Virus record (IMG/VR): IMGVR_UViG_3300008267_000013
Coordinates: 1 to 64,000 of that record
DNA: 64,000 bases
Origin: a virus
Strand: one strand, 5' to 3'
The position numbers and the translations under genes are program-made. The notes beneath the pieces were generated by a model. That model was not told where the DNA came from, did no database searches, and saw nothing but the letters and a program-made list of their open reading frames with translations. Below are positions 20,213 to 30,869 of this stretch, one piece after another. How positions within the stretch are numbered: position 1 is the first letter of the stretch; every line of letters begins with the position of its first letter.

Positions 20213-21230
20213 AGAAATGGAAGAAGAAATTCCAGTATACGATATAACGGTGGAAGATAATCACAATTTTTATGCAAATGGCATTCTAGTACATAACTGT
20301 TCGGAAATCTTTCTCTTCAACGATCAAGATCATACATTTGTTTGTTGCTTATCAAGCGTAAATCTTGCACGATACGATGAGTGGAAAAATGATCCACTAT
20401 TCCTAAAAGACTGTATCTATTTTCTAGATGGAATCATGGAAGAATTTATTCGCAAAGCACGTAAGATTGAAGGATTTGAGAAGGCTGTAAGATTCTCAGA
20501 AAAAAGTCGCGCACTTGGTCTTGGCGCTCTTGGATGGCACACCCTGTTGCAATCAAAACTAATTCCATTTGATTCATATCAAGCAATGATGCTGAATGCA
20601 GAAATCTTCCGCAAGATGGATCGTCTAACACTAGAAGCTTCAAAAGAATTAGCAGTATTAAAAGGGGTACCAGAATGGTGCATGGATACACGTAACAGTC
20701 ACCGATTAGCAATTGCACCAACTGTGTCTAATTCATTAATCTCAGGCGGTGTAAGCCAAGGGGTTGAACCTATTATTGCTAATTATTACGCTCAAAAAAC
20801 TGCAAAAGGTTCTTTTATCAGAAAAAATCCTGCACTTGAAGTACTACTTAAATCAAAAGGTCTAGATAGTTTTGATACATGGCAACAAATAAATGCAGAT
20901 GGCGGCAGTGTAAGAAATGTTAAAGGCTTGAGTGATCTTGAGAAAGAAGTGTTCTTGACCGCAAGAGAGATCAACCAACATACTATTATCAAGCAGGCTG
21001 CACAACGTCAAAAGTTTATTGATCAAGGACAAAGTATCAATCTATTCTTTACAACCCCAGCATCACTAAATTCTGATGACAAGAAGAAACTAGGCAAGTA
21101 CATTCACGAAGTGCATCTAGAGGCCTGGAAACAGGGTCTAAAGAGCCTATACTACCTACGTGGTGAGTCAGTCCTTAAATCAGATAGTGTCTATCGTAGT
21201 AGCGGTGAATGTAAGGCTTGTGAAGGATAA
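20196..21230 (+). CDS. nrdA: C-intein (34 aa, 20196-20297) fused to RNR alpha C-terminal part
   Basis: GGAGG RBS; VYDITVEDNHNFYANGILVHN|CSEI, CCLSS, AIAPT, DQGQS, KSLYY, CKACEG. Confidence 0.92.
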   Translation: MALIIEEMEEEIPVYDITVEDNHNFYANGILVHNCSEIFLFNDQDHTFVCCLSSVNLARYDEWKNDPLFLKDCIYFLDGIMEEFIRKARKIEGFEKAVRFSEKSRALGLGALGWHTLLQSKLIPFDSYQAMMLNAEIFRKMDRLTLEASKELAVLKGVPEWCMDTRNSHRLAIAPTVSNSLISGGVSQGVEPIIANYYAQKTAKGSFIRKNPALEVLLKSKGLDSFDTWQQINADGGSVRNVKGLSDLEKEVFLTAREINQHTIIKQAAQRQKFIDQGQSINLFFTTPASLNSDDKKKLGKYIHEVHLEAWKQGLKSLYYLRGESVLKSDSVYRSSGECKACEG

Positions 21231-21295
21231 ATTATGCTATAAAGCCATGATGATACTATTTATGTATTATTGGGTCTTTATTTTTGGAGAGTTAA

Positions 21296-21841
21296 GTGAA
21301 AATAACAAAAAGTGAATTAAAAATTATAATTCTAGAAGAACTTAAAAAAACCCTAGAAGAAGAAGAATTAGAAGAAATAGGGAAATTAGGTAGATATGTT
21401 GCTGGTGCGTTAGGAGGCGCAGCGATGCTTGCCACACCAGTATCTGCAATGGCTGATGCGGGCAGCTCAGAAAAGTTTAGCATTGGTAGTAGAATAAGTC
21501 CAAAACAAGATACACCAAATTTAGGTGATCTTGGTATTCGTGGTGCTGGTGCGAAGGCGCCAGCAGTATATGATATATATGGATACGATGGACAAATAAA
21601 AGATAATCAAAATGGTAAAGCTCTACGGTTTAAAGAGTTGGGAGGTGGCAGAGTACAACTTTATGATAAAGGTAAACCAATAGAAATTATAAAAAATAAT
21701 GAAATTGGTAAACAGGGTGATAAAAATAAGCGCTATACTGTAACCACAGATCTCAAATTAAGAGAACCATCTACGTTGGGAACGAGCGTCAGTAGAGGGG
21801 AGACTCCCAAAGGTAAAATAGTAAAACTTAAAAAGAAATAA
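21296..21841 (+). CDS. Hypothetical protein with MKITK..L..II.EE leader (putative internal virion protein)
   Basis: ACTATTTA at 21255; Glu-rich leader shared with 31837 and 43515. Confidence 0.5.
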   Translation: MKITKSELKIIILEELKKTLEEEELEEIGKLGRYVAGALGGAAMLATPVSAMADAGSSEKFSIGSRISPKQDTPNLGDLGIRGAGAKAPAVYDIYGYDGQIKDNQNGKALRFKELGGGRVQLYDKGKPIEIIKNNEIGKQGDKNKRYTVTTDLKLREPSTLGTSVSRGETPKGKIVKLKKK

Positions 21842-21852
21842 AGATATACAGC

Positions 21853-21892
21853 TTGACTCTTACAACACCCTGGCTTATACTAGCAGGGTGTT
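21853..21892 (+). promoter_or_regulatory. Sigma70-type promoter inside a hairpin (near copy at 47081-47110)
   Basis: TTGACT-17-TATACT; AACACCCTG...CAGGGTGTT stem then T-rich tract. Confidence 0.6.
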
Positions 21893-21911
21893 TTCTTTTT
21901 AGGAGAGATAT

Positions 21912-22640
21912 ATGATTTATATGTTTGACATTGATGGTACATTGACTGATCCAAGACAAAAAATGACAGAAGGTTTTGCAGATATTTTTTACAGATGGAT
22001 GAAAGATAAGAAAGTATTTCTAGTAACCGGAAGTGATCCCGATAAGGTACAGGAACAAGTTCCTACTGAGGTCTTGAGTAAATGCGTAGGAATATTCACT
22101 TGTATGGGCAATCAGTTACATATAAAAGATAAACTAATCTACTCAAATAGAATAGAAATCCCAGAAGATCTCATAGTGTGGTTACAACAACAGGTTGATT
22201 TTTCAGATTGCCCAGAAAAAACTTCAAATCATTTAGAACACCGTCCAGGAATGTTAAACTTCTCTGTAGTTGGAAGAAACGCTACACAACAACAACGACT
22301 TGAATATTATGATTGGGATAAAAAGTCTGGAGAACGTAAGAGAATATGTAATTACATAAATCACAAATACCCAGAATTAGAAGCATGTGTTGGGGGACAA
22401 ATATCAATAGATATACAAGCTAGAGGAAAAAACAAATCTCAAGCATATGAATGGGTAAAAGAAAATTATGACGAACCAGTATATTTTTTTGGAGACCATT
22501 GCGAAGAAGGTGGTAATGATCATGCAATAGCAAAAGAGATTGACAAACCACACTCTAATGATTACTATATGAATGTATCAGGTCCATCAGACGTACTTGA
22601 TTTTATAACAACCTTGGAGGAAGAATGCTTAGACATTTAG
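21912..22640 (+). CDS. HAD-IIB, eukaryote-type phosphomannomutase-like protein
   Basis: FDIDGTLT, EHRPGMLNFSVVGRNA, GGQISIDI, FFGD...GGND. Confidence 0.85.
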   Translation: MIYMFDIDGTLTDPRQKMTEGFADIFYRWMKDKKVFLVTGSDPDKVQEQVPTEVLSKCVGIFTCMGNQLHIKDKLIYSNRIEIPEDLIVWLQQQVDFSDCPEKTSNHLEHRPGMLNFSVVGRNATQQQRLEYYDWDKKSGERKRICNYINHKYPELEACVGGQISIDIQARGKNKSQAYEWVKENYDEPVYFFGDHCEEGGNDHAIAKEIDKPHSNDYYMNVSGPSDVLDFITTLEEECLDI

Positions 22641-22864
22641 TAGAGAGATTTGAAAGAGAGGCTAGCGAATTTACAAAACGTAATATCACCCTATCCCACG
22701 ACTCATTTTATTCCGGGGAACAGAGGTCTTATTATAAAAAGCTTGTTGTTGATGGACGAGAAACAAGACATCACATAGATATCATGGAGTTGCAGGAAAC
22801 TGTAAGTCGTGGTAGAATGGCTGACAAAGTTCGTGCTGTAGCTGGTTTAATCCTACTAGGATAA
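22625..22864 (+). CDS. Hypothetical protein
   Basis: GGAGG RBS; coupled ORF. Confidence 0.5.
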   Translation: MLRHLVERFEREASEFTKRNITLSHDSFYSGEQRSYYKKLVVDGRETRHHIDIMELQETVSRGRMADKVRAVAGLILLG

Positions 22865-22876
22865 GGAGAATATAAA

Positions 22877-23179
22877 ATGAGCAGCGATCTAAAGACTGTT
22901 ATCACTGGTATCGACACTTACAAGGCCCCAGAAAAGACTAAGGAGGAGCGTCTTAAGGACTTCATTAAAAGTATGGCTACAATTGATGAGTCTATCCTTC
23001 CGTTTAAAGAACAAAAGACTGATCTAAAGAAGAGCTACGCTGATAATAATTATCTAAGCCGCGCAGAGCAAAAGATTGCTCTTAAAGCGTATCGCCTTAT
23101 TAAGGATAAAACGGATTTTGCACAACTTGATCAATTCTTTGAGAAAATCAAGGAGATGAAAGTTGTAAGTGAGGAGTGA
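22877..23179 (+). CDS. Small helical DNA-binding protein (T4 DsbA/GapR-like)
   Basis: AAGGAG RBS; helical pattern LKDFIKSM..IDE.I...KEQKTDLKK. Confidence 0.45.
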   Translation: MSSDLKTVITGIDTYKAPEKTKEERLKDFIKSMATIDESILPFKEQKTDLKKSYADNNYLSRAEQKIALKAYRLIKDKTDFAQLDQFFEKIKEMKVVSEE

Positions 23180-23180
23180 T

Positions 23181-23471
23181 ATGCCTACCAAACTAACACC
23201 AGTTAATAAAATGCTTGTTGTTGAAAAAGAAAACAGTATCAGCAAACAAGAAGAACTAGGATTTGTGCTACCTGAACGTGTAGTAATCACACGTCACACT
23301 AACGCTGTTCTAAAGAGCGCATCAGAAGGATCGCTATTTGAACGTTATGTAGGACAAAAATTAGTTATTGTAACTTCTATGATGGAAGACATAGAAGTCA
23401 AAGGTACGAAACACACTATCATACCAGAAAATGGTGTTGTTGCAGTTATTGCAGAAAGTGATTTGTTTTAA
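23181..23471 (+). CDS. groES: GroES-like co-chaperonin
   Basis: KLTPVNKMLVVE...GFVLPE...IEVKGTKHTIIPENGVVAVI fits the cpn10 pattern. Confidence 0.65.
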   Translation: MPTKLTPVNKMLVVEKENSISKQEELGFVLPERVVITRHTNAVLKSASEGSLFERYVGQKLVIVTSMMEDIEVKGTKHTIIPENGVVAVIAESDLF

Positions 23472-24196
23472 TGGATAATAGTATTTATATATATGATGAC
23501 GGAATCGGACGGGTAGAGCTCGTAGATCATATGGGCGATCAGAAAAAGATCGTAAATGCAGCCCGTGTATCGTTTGGCAAAGATAACCATGCGCCACTCG
23601 ATGATCGTGACAAGAAACTAATTAAGTATCTTATTGAACATAAACATACAAGCGTGCTAGAACATAATATGGTAACATTTAAGTTTGTTGTTCCATTATA
23701 TGTTCGTTCACAACATCATCGTCACCGTACATGGAGTTACAATGAAATCAGTCGTCGCTATACAGCAGAAAATCTTATGTTTTACTCCCCTAAAACATTT
23801 AGAACTCAACATAGAAATAACCGACAAGCAAGTAATAACGACGAGCAAATTAACCCAAGACTTTTCGAAGCAAGAGTTATTGGTGTTGGAGAGCCGCTTA
23901 GTGCATCAGATGCAGTAAGGCAACATCATCTTGCTTCAGTTTCGTTATATGAAAATCTAATGCAGAAAGGCATATGTCGTGAGCAAGCCCGTGGTGTATT
24001 ACCACAGAATCTATATACAGAATATTATGGAACCTGTTCACTATCCAATCTACTTAAATTCATCGATTTAAGAACACATGAAGGCGCTCAATGGGAAATT
24101 CAGGTATTAGCTAAAGCTTGTTTAACGTTTGCAGAACGATTATGGCCTGATGTTATCAAAGCTTATTATGAGGTTAAAAATGCCAAGAACAGTTAA
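23471..24196 (+). CDS. thyX: Flavin-dependent thymidylate synthase
   Basis: AARVSF, HTSVLEH, RHRTWSYNEISRRY, EQARGVLP, AQWEI. Confidence 0.95.
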   Translation: MDNSIYIYDDGIGRVELVDHMGDQKKIVNAARVSFGKDNHAPLDDRDKKLIKYLIEHKHTSVLEHNMVTFKFVVPLYVRSQHHRHRTWSYNEISRRYTAENLMFYSPKTFRTQHRNNRQASNNDEQINPRLFEARVIGVGEPLSASDAVRQHHLASVSLYENLMQKGICREQARGVLPQNLYTEYYGTCSLSNLLKFIDLRTHEGAQWEIQVLAKACLTFAERLWPDVIKAYYEVKNAKNS

Positions 24197-24449
24197 AACA
24201 ATAAAAGATAATGATGGAAACGATTTAGAAGTATATACAGATAATTGCACTGTATGTTCTGTAGAGATGGTTTTTCCAAAAAGAGAAGCGGATGATCTTG
24301 AAAGCATGTTTCCTTTCCTAAGACAAAAAATTGAGGAATATAATCCTTGTATTAATTGTGCCATAGAGCAAGATAAAAAAGATAAAAAACCCTTTTTAAG
24401 CCCAGAAGAGTTTGAAATTATTAGAAAATCTCTAACAAACAATCAATAA
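24180..24449 (+). CDS. Hypothetical protein with two CxxC pairs
   Basis: GAGG RBS; CTVC...CINC. Confidence 0.5.
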   Translation: MPRTVKTIKDNDGNDLEVYTDNCTVCSVEMVFPKREADDLESMFPFLRQKIEEYNPCINCAIEQDKKDKKPFLSPEEFEIIRKSLTNNQ

Positions 24450-24452
24450 AAC

Positions 24453-25229
24453 GTGAATAAAATAATAACTTTAGATAGAATAGTTATTGGTTCTTCACTT
24501 GAAGCAGTATTATGCGCATTCTATAATAAATTAAAACTTATCTATACGCGTAATCTCCAACCAGACGTACACGATACAATTGAAGATTATGGATTGGGAA
24601 CTAGCAAGCATGACGCATGGAATAAACATACGTTCCAGCTATCTCTTGCCGGCTATACGCCTTTTGGTGATAAGATAAAACATATAAGATATGTTGATAA
24701 GAATACAATAAAAGTTATCACGAAAGAAGAAGGTGTATATACTGTTATTTTTCAAGAACTATATGTGTTTGATGACCATGAATTCTTAGACATACCGCCC
24801 CATCTTTCTTCCGATAAAGATGAAGTACGCATACTAGATTGGTTTAAAGTTGTAGAAGGTGATATATCATCACACGAATCAATACAGAACAAAAATAGAT
24901 TTATAAATCAAATTATATTTTATAAAGATAAAAAAGAAGTTTGTGTTGTATCATATGTAAAAACAGAAGAGTTAGACTCTAAGCAGGAACATCTTGTTAG
25001 AGTTAAAACAGAGAGTATATTAAGTAATCCAGGAAATGATATAATCCTTGATCATAGAGATAGACAGATATTTGATCTAGGAAAAAATATATATGAAGAT
25101 TTTGATAACGTAACATTTTCTTATGCTGATCATAAGATCATGTATGATTTAAGAAGAGTACGTGCTAAAATCGATTATATGAAATATTTACGCATCAAGC
25201 TTGGGATAGCAAATGATAGAGACGAATAA
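24453..25229 (+). CDS. Hypothetical protein with Rossmann-like N-terminus
   Basis: IVIGSSLEAVLCA resembles a degenerate dinucleotide-binding loop. Confidence 0.45.
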   Translation: MNKIITLDRIVIGSSLEAVLCAFYNKLKLIYTRNLQPDVHDTIEDYGLGTSKHDAWNKHTFQLSLAGYTPFGDKIKHIRYVDKNTIKVITKEEGVYTVIFQELYVFDDHEFLDIPPHLSSDKDEVRILDWFKVVEGDISSHESIQNKNRFINQIIFYKDKKEVCVVSYVKTEELDSKQEHLVRVKTESILSNPGNDIILDHRDRQIFDLGKNIYEDFDNVTFSYADHKIMYDLRRVRAKIDYMKYLRIKLGIANDRDE

Positions 25230-26028
25230 AGATGTAGACCATCTAGCTGGTATTATACCAATAGCCGGCCAACCATTAGGCTTTAATATGCCATGGCATG
25301 ATTCACTTATGCCAATACATGAAAACTATCATGCTGTCGAGAGAGCAGTAAATACAGCTGCAGTTGCTGGCTGTAATACAATATGGATCGTTATGTATCG
25401 TGAAAGCCAACCAATTATAAGAAAGAAGCTTGGCGAATGGGTATATGATCCAGAATCAACTTGGAAAAATCCTTGGCCATGGCTACAATTAAAGCGTGTA
25501 CCAGTATATTATGTATCTATTAATGCTGTAGATAGAAAACGCCGTGATTCAATAGCGTGGAGTTGTCTATATGGAGCCAAGGTAGCATCTCAAACTTGTA
25601 AAAAAATAAGTAAATGGATACTACCAAAAAGATTTCTAGTAGTTAATCCGTATGGGGTAATTTCAGAAGAACAGATGAAAAATTGCCGTAGAGACTTAAG
25701 AGGCTCACAAGAAATTGTGTTTAACTGGGAGGGGAATAACTTTAAAGAGAATCTCTATACACCATTTACTTTTTCTCAAAAGCAATATGAAGAATGCCGC
25801 ATATATTTCAGAGATAGATATTCTGGTGACGAGACAATGCGTCACTTTAAAGAAATATTTAAACCGTTATCATTAGAAAAATATAAATCAATAGATGCAG
25901 AGTGGTTTTATAATATAGATGATTGGAATAGTTACTCTAATTTTATTAGATCCGAGCATAATAAATTATGTGAAAGACCAAAATATTTGGTAACCCATAA
26001 ATGGTGGGGACTTATAAAGGATACTTAA
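25213..26028 (+). CDS. Degenerate sugar-phosphate nucleotidyltransferase-like protein
   Basis: AGIIPIAG...SLMPI...AVAGCNTIWIV and C-terminal WFYNIDDW. Confidence 0.5.
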   Translation: MIETNKDVDHLAGIIPIAGQPLGFNMPWHDSLMPIHENYHAVERAVNTAAVAGCNTIWIVMYRESQPIIRKKLGEWVYDPESTWKNPWPWLQLKRVPVYYVSINAVDRKRRDSIAWSCLYGAKVASQTCKKISKWILPKRFLVVNPYGVISEEQMKNCRRDLRGSQEIVFNWEGNNFKENLYTPFTFSQKQYEECRIYFRDRYSGDETMRHFKEIFKPLSLEKYKSIDAEWFYNIDDWNSYSNFIRSEHNKLCERPKYLVTHKWWGLIKDT

Positions 26029-26420
26029 TGTGAGTAACGAAGAAGAAGAACTATACAATAAACTTAAGAATATGAAAAGAGAGAATGAGCTTCTTATGGT
26101 TATCTATGAAGAACTTGACGAACTTATATCCAGTGGATACAATGGAAAGTTGCAAGATGAATCTACGGAAGGATTATTCTATTCCATAAATGAATATAAG
26201 AAATGGAAATCATCATGAGAACACGACACGATGATGTATGTTTGTGGTGGAAAGATTGGCATAGTTGTTCATGTGGATACCTAGAAGAGGAAGTTAGAGC
26301 AGAAAGAGTGCGAGAATGCCTAGAGATAATTCCTAATACTTTTGCTGCTTGCGGCGAACTATATGGAGATCAACCACAATATTGTTCCACATATTGTCTA
26401 GAGAAAGCTAGAGGTCACAA

Positions 26421-26687
26421 ATGAGCGGCGGACATTTTAACAATAATGATTATATTTATTACCGCGTATATGAATTTGCAGATCAGCTAGAAAACCACAT
26501 TCAGAACAACGACAAAGAAAATGATTATGGATATTGTCCAAACTATAGTCAAGAAGTCATAGAATTTCTAAAACCAAAAGTTGAAGAGATTCGCAAGATT
26601 GCCAAACTGATGAAAGAGATTGATTATCTTTATTCTGGTGACCATGGTGAAGATTCTTTCATGAAAATTGTCAAGGAGCAACAATGA
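26421..26687 (+). CDS. Hypothetical protein (MSGGHF...SGD.GE family)
   Basis: MSGGHF start, IDYLYSGDHGEDSF. Confidence 0.55.
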   Translation: MSGGHFNNNDYIYYRVYEFADQLENHIQNNDKENDYGYCPNYSQEVIEFLKPKVEEIRKIAKLMKEIDYLYSGDHGEDSFMKIVKEQQ

Positions 26688-27322
26688 AATACGGAGGCGG
26701 CAGACCACCATCCAATAACTGGTCAGACAGGTACTGGAATATTAAACCAGGCGATTATATTCACGTTAGTTACTATTATTACCGTAGTGCGGCATTTGAA
26801 TATGAACAACAACCAGATGAAAAAGATTATATTGTGTTAGATAAAAAGATTCAATATAATCACGATCAAGGTGTCTTATGGGATGTAAAAGAAGTTAAGA
26901 CTGGTAAAGTTATCAAAGATTACCATCTCAACGAAATGACATCTATACATGATGAATGGACTGGACAAAAGCGTGCACAAGCCCGTAAGCTAACAGAAGC
27001 AGAAGTAAGTCATATAACAAGCAATCCGTTTTACGTTGTTGAGCCTATTCCTCCACCAACACATCCAGATGATATTGTATTCCATGATCCCAAAGGTAAA
27101 TATCCCAAATCAGGGAAACCAATTAAATACGATGATCCAAGGCCGGGAGAAGTCTGGTGCAATGCGGGTTGCGGTATGGGTAACGATAAGATAATAATTA
27201 AAGATTATGAACTATGGGGAACATCACTTCCAAAAGCAGTGTCGTATACAAGACTAAATGATGATACTATTTATCGTAAGCCGTTAGAATGGTTCAAAAG
27301 ATGTTTTCATAAAAGTAGATAA
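26684..27322 (+). CDS. Hypothetical protein
   Basis: 212 aa coupled ORF. Confidence 0.55.
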   Translation: MKYGGGRPPSNNWSDRYWNIKPGDYIHVSYYYYRSAAFEYEQQPDEKDYIVLDKKIQYNHDQGVLWDVKEVKTGKVIKDYHLNEMTSIHDEWTGQKRAQARKLTEAEVSHITSNPFYVVEPIPPPTHPDDIVFHDPKGKYPKSGKPIKYDDPRPGEVWCNAGCGMGNDKIIIKDYELWGTSLPKAVSYTRLNDDTIYRKPLEWFKRCFHKSR

Positions 27323-27405
27323 CTGACGATACACAACTTGACAGTGATTTGGAGGTCTGGTAGAATCTTTAAATTCTACTGGGCCTTTTCAATATTGGAG
27401 ATATA

Positions 27406-30400
27406 ATGTCTGATCGTAAGAAGCCATCGATTCCGTTTTATAATAGCCACGGTCACAGTACTTTTAGCATTTTTGATGGAATGGGATATCCAGATGAGCA
27501 TGCAGATTTTGCTTTTCAGAATGGTCTTGAAGGTATGGCGTTTACTGAACACGGGAATATGAATTCGTTCTCTTATGCTTTTCAAAAATCCAAGAAGATG
27601 AAGGATGAAGGAAAAGATTTCCGTATTGTCTACGGTATCGAAGCATATGTTCATCCAGATATTAGCCAGTGGAAGCTTGATAAGGATAAGATTAAAGAAG
27701 ACGCTAAACTTGCAAAGCAGGTAGATGATGATGTTGGTCTTGTTGTAGAAAATGAGGCTGAAACAAAGAAAGGTATCCGTAATGTTCTCAATGAAAGAAG
27801 CCATCTCGTACTTACAGCACAAAATCAGGTGGGACTTAATAATCTTTTTAAGCTGGTTTCTACTAGTTATCGTGGAGACAACTTTTATCGCTTCCCACGT
27901 ATTGATTATGCTGCACTTAGCAAGTATAATGAAGGTATCATCGCATCTTCTGCTTGCATTGGCGGCGTCTTCGGGAATGACTATTGGCGTAATCGTGATA
28001 ACGGGGATGCAGCTGTCCTCGCAGCTATGGAAAAAACTGTTCAAAGCATGATGGATATCTTTGGTGACCGCTTCTACGGAGAGTTACAGTGGGCTAATTA
28101 TCGTGAGCAACATATTATTAATCAATTTATCATTCAATTAAGTAAAGTTCACGGATTCCAACTAGTTAGCACTTGCGATGCACACTTCCCTTCACCAGAT
28201 TTGTGGAAAGATCGTGAAATTTATAAGATGCTCGGCTGGATGAGTAAAAGTGAAGTCAACCTTGATACCCTACCTACAAAACTTGATGATATGGAATACC
28301 AGCTTTATCCAAAGAATGGTGACGAGCTGTTTGCATCATATAAGCAATTTTCAAATGCTCTTGGATTTTCTTACGATGATAAATTGGTAGAAGAGAGCAT
28401 TGCGCGCACCTCTGATATTCTAAAGAATCGTATTGAAAAGTATACGCCAGATACAAATATCAAGCTTCCTGATTTTGTAGTTCCGGCTGGTCAAACTGCT
28501 GACGCTACACTTGCCAAACTTGCTGTTGAGAACCTAAAAAGCACTGGTCTATATAAGAACAGCGAATATGTTGATCGCCTTAAAGAAGAATTACATACAA
28601 TTAAGGATCGTGGCTTCTCAAAGTATTTCCTTACTATGAAAACAATTTCAGACAAAGCATCTGAAATACAATTGGTTGGAAGCGGTCGTGGAAGTGGTGC
28701 GGGCTCGCTTCTTTCATATCTACTTGGTATTACACAAGTTGATCCAATTAAGTATAAACTACAGTTCTCACGGTTTATTCGAAAGGCTGATAATTCAGGG
28801 TATCCAGATATCGACTACGACTGTGCTGATCCAATGGAAATCAAGGATATGATGATAAAGGAATTCGGTGAAAATACCGTTGTTCCAATTAGCAACTATA
28901 ACACCCTACAGATTCGCTCCTTGGTTAAAGATATTTCTAAACTTTATGGTGTGGAATTTCAAAAGGTAAATGAAGTAACAAGTAAGATGTTAAACGAGGC
29001 TATTCCTACTGCAAAAAAAGATCATGGAATTACAGCCGGTGTATATAATCCAACATGGGAGGAGCTAAAGAAATATTCACCAACTCTTAATGCATACCTA
29101 CAGGAATACCCAGATGTAGCTACACACGTAGAGACTCTACAAGGTCAAATTCGTAGCATTTCAAGACATGCTGGTGGCGTTCTATTTGCTGATAACTTAG
29201 ATAAGCACATGCCACTAATTAATAGCGGTGGAGTAACACAAACTCCTTGGACGGAGGGACAAACAGTACGCCATCTTGAACCATTAGGATTTATTAAATT
29301 TGATATTCTTGGACTTGCTTCTCTACGCATGATTGAAACAGCAATCAAACATGTTTTAAAGAGAAAACTTGGTATTAATAATCCAACATTCGATGATGTT
29401 AAAAAGTTCTATAACGAGAATCTTCATCCGAACGTTATCGATTTAAATGACCAGTTCGTGTATGAGAATATTTTTCAAAAAGGAAAGTTTATTGGAACAT
29501 TCCAATTTACTCAAGAAGGAGCGCAAAAGTTCTGTATCGATGCAAAACCAAAAAACATCGTAGATATCGCCGCCATTACTTCTATTTATCGCCCCGGTCC
29601 ATTATCTGCCAACGTAGATAAAAAATATATTGAGGCTAAAAGCAATCCACAAAACATAAAATACATTCATCCTTTTGTGGAAGAAGTTACACGTGATACT
29701 TTTGGATTTATTATCTTCCAAGAGCAATTATCATTACTGGCGCACAAGCTAGGACGTGATATTTCACTAGACGAAGGTAATGAATTGCGTAAGGTTCTAA
29801 CAAAGAAGGGAACCGGCAAGGAAGCAGAAGTTAAGAATAAGCTATATAGCAAATTTATTGGCGGATGCTTAGACAAGGGTATCCATGAAGAAGATGCTAT
29901 TGAATTATGGAAGACAATGGAATTCTTCTCAGGTTACGGTTTTAATCTTTCGCACGCTATTTGTTATTCAATCCTTTCGTTCCAATGCGCTTGGTTATTA
30001 AGCTATTTCCCAAGTGAATGGATGTGTTCTTTCCTTGATAAAGAACCGGAGGATCGTAAAGAACAAGCTATTTCTCTTGTTAAGAGTTATAGTTATAAGA
30101 TCCGCAGCCTTGATATTAATAAATCAGGAACTGTATGGGAAGTTGACGCAGATAATGACACAACACTTGTTCAACCATTATCTTCAATCAAGGGTCTTGG
30201 CGATACTGCAATCGCTGAAATTATGAACAATCGACCTTTTAATACTGTTGAAGAGTTGCTATTCAATGAAAAGGTTGCGTATAATAAACTAAACAAACGT
30301 GGCCTTGATGCTTTGTGCCGTAGTGGTGCGCTGAATAACTTGATGGATGACCGTTTTACTGGTATGAAGCACTTCTGGAGCGTTGTAGCTGTTGATCGTC

Positions 30401-30834
30401 CAAAGTCACTCAAGAAACTAAAAGAAAACATTGAACTATATAAACCAGAAGGTGATTTTACAGATGAGGAAAAGATAGAACATATGACAGCACTCACAGG
30501 TGTTTATCCAATCAACCTTGTTCTTACGGAGGAAATAAGGGATAAATTAGCGAAGAAAAGCATTGCTCCACTTGGTGGAGTTGAAGAGTGTAAAGAATGT
30601 GGCCTTGTATGGTTTATACCTCGCAAAAAAGACATAAAGTCTACCAAGAATGGTAAACCATATTGGATTCTATCTGTAACAGACAGTACAAATACGATAA
30701 GCGAAGTTAAATGTTGGGGTATTAGAGAAACTGATGTTATACACATGAATAGACCTTATCTATGTAAAATCAATAAAGATTCATATGGTTATTCAATACG
30801 TAATTTTAAAGAACAAATACGGCTATTAGGATAG
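27406..30834 (+). CDS. dnaE: DNA polymerase III alpha subunit (family C)
   Basis: PHP domain (HGHSTFSIFDG, TEHGN), GRGSGAGS, PDIDYD, RHAGG, KFDILGL, GYGFNLSHA; TTGACA-17-TAGAAT at 27338. Confidence 0.96.
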   Translation: MSDRKKPSIPFYNSHGHSTFSIFDGMGYPDEHADFAFQNGLEGMAFTEHGNMNSFSYAFQKSKKMKDEGKDFRIVYGIEAYVHPDISQWKLDKDKIKEDAKLAKQVDDDVGLVVENEAETKKGIRNVLNERSHLVLTAQNQVGLNNLFKLVSTSYRGDNFYRFPRIDYAALSKYNEGIIASSACIGGVFGNDYWRNRDNGDAAVLAAMEKTVQSMMDIFGDRFYGELQWANYREQHIINQFIIQLSKVHGFQLVSTCDAHFPSPDLWKDREIYKMLGWMSKSEVNLDTLPTKLDDMEYQLYPKNGDELFASYKQFSNALGFSYDDKLVEESIARTSDILKNRIEKYTPDTNIKLPDFVVPAGQTADATLAKLAVENLKSTGLYKNSEYVDRLKEELHTIKDRGFSKYFLTMKTISDKASEIQLVGSGRGSGAGSLLSYLLGITQVDPIKYKLQFSRFIRKADNSGYPDIDYDCADPMEIKDMMIKEFGENTVVPISNYNTLQIRSLVKDISKLYGVEFQKVNEVTSKMLNEAIPTAKKDHGITAGVYNPTWEELKKYSPTLNAYLQEYPDVATHVETLQGQIRSISRHAGGVLFADNLDKHMPLINSGGVTQTPWTEGQTVRHLEPLGFIKFDILGLASLRMIETAIKHVLKRKLGINNPTFDDVKKFYNENLHPNVIDLNDQFVYENIFQKGKFIGTFQFTQEGAQKFCIDAKPKNIVDIAAITSIYRPGPLSANVDKKYIEAKSNPQNIKYIHPFVEEVTRDTFGFIIFQEQLSLLAHKLGRDISLDEGNELRKVLTKKGTGKEAEVKNKLYSKFIGGCLDKGIHEEDAIELWKTMEFFSGYGFNLSHAICYSILSFQCAWLLSYFPSEWMCSFLDKEPEDRKEQAISLVKSYSYKIRSLDINKSGTVWEVDADNDTTLVQPLSSIKGLGDTAIAEIMNNRPFNTVEELLFNEKVAYNKLNKRGLDALCRSGALNNLMDDRFTGMKHFWSVVAVDRPKSLKKLKENIELYKPEGDFTDEEKIEHMTALTGVYPINLVLTEEIRDKLAKKSIAPLGGVEECKECGLVWFIPRKKDIKSTKNGKPYWILSVTDSTNTISEVKCWGIRETDVIHMNRPYLCKINKDSYGYSIRNFKEQIRLLG

Positions 30835-30869
30835 ATTGGTTACTATTTAAAGTATTACGAGGAATAAAT

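Noticed and set aside
27376-28044. 222-aa - strand ORF
   Set aside because: Antisense to the dnaE PHP domain
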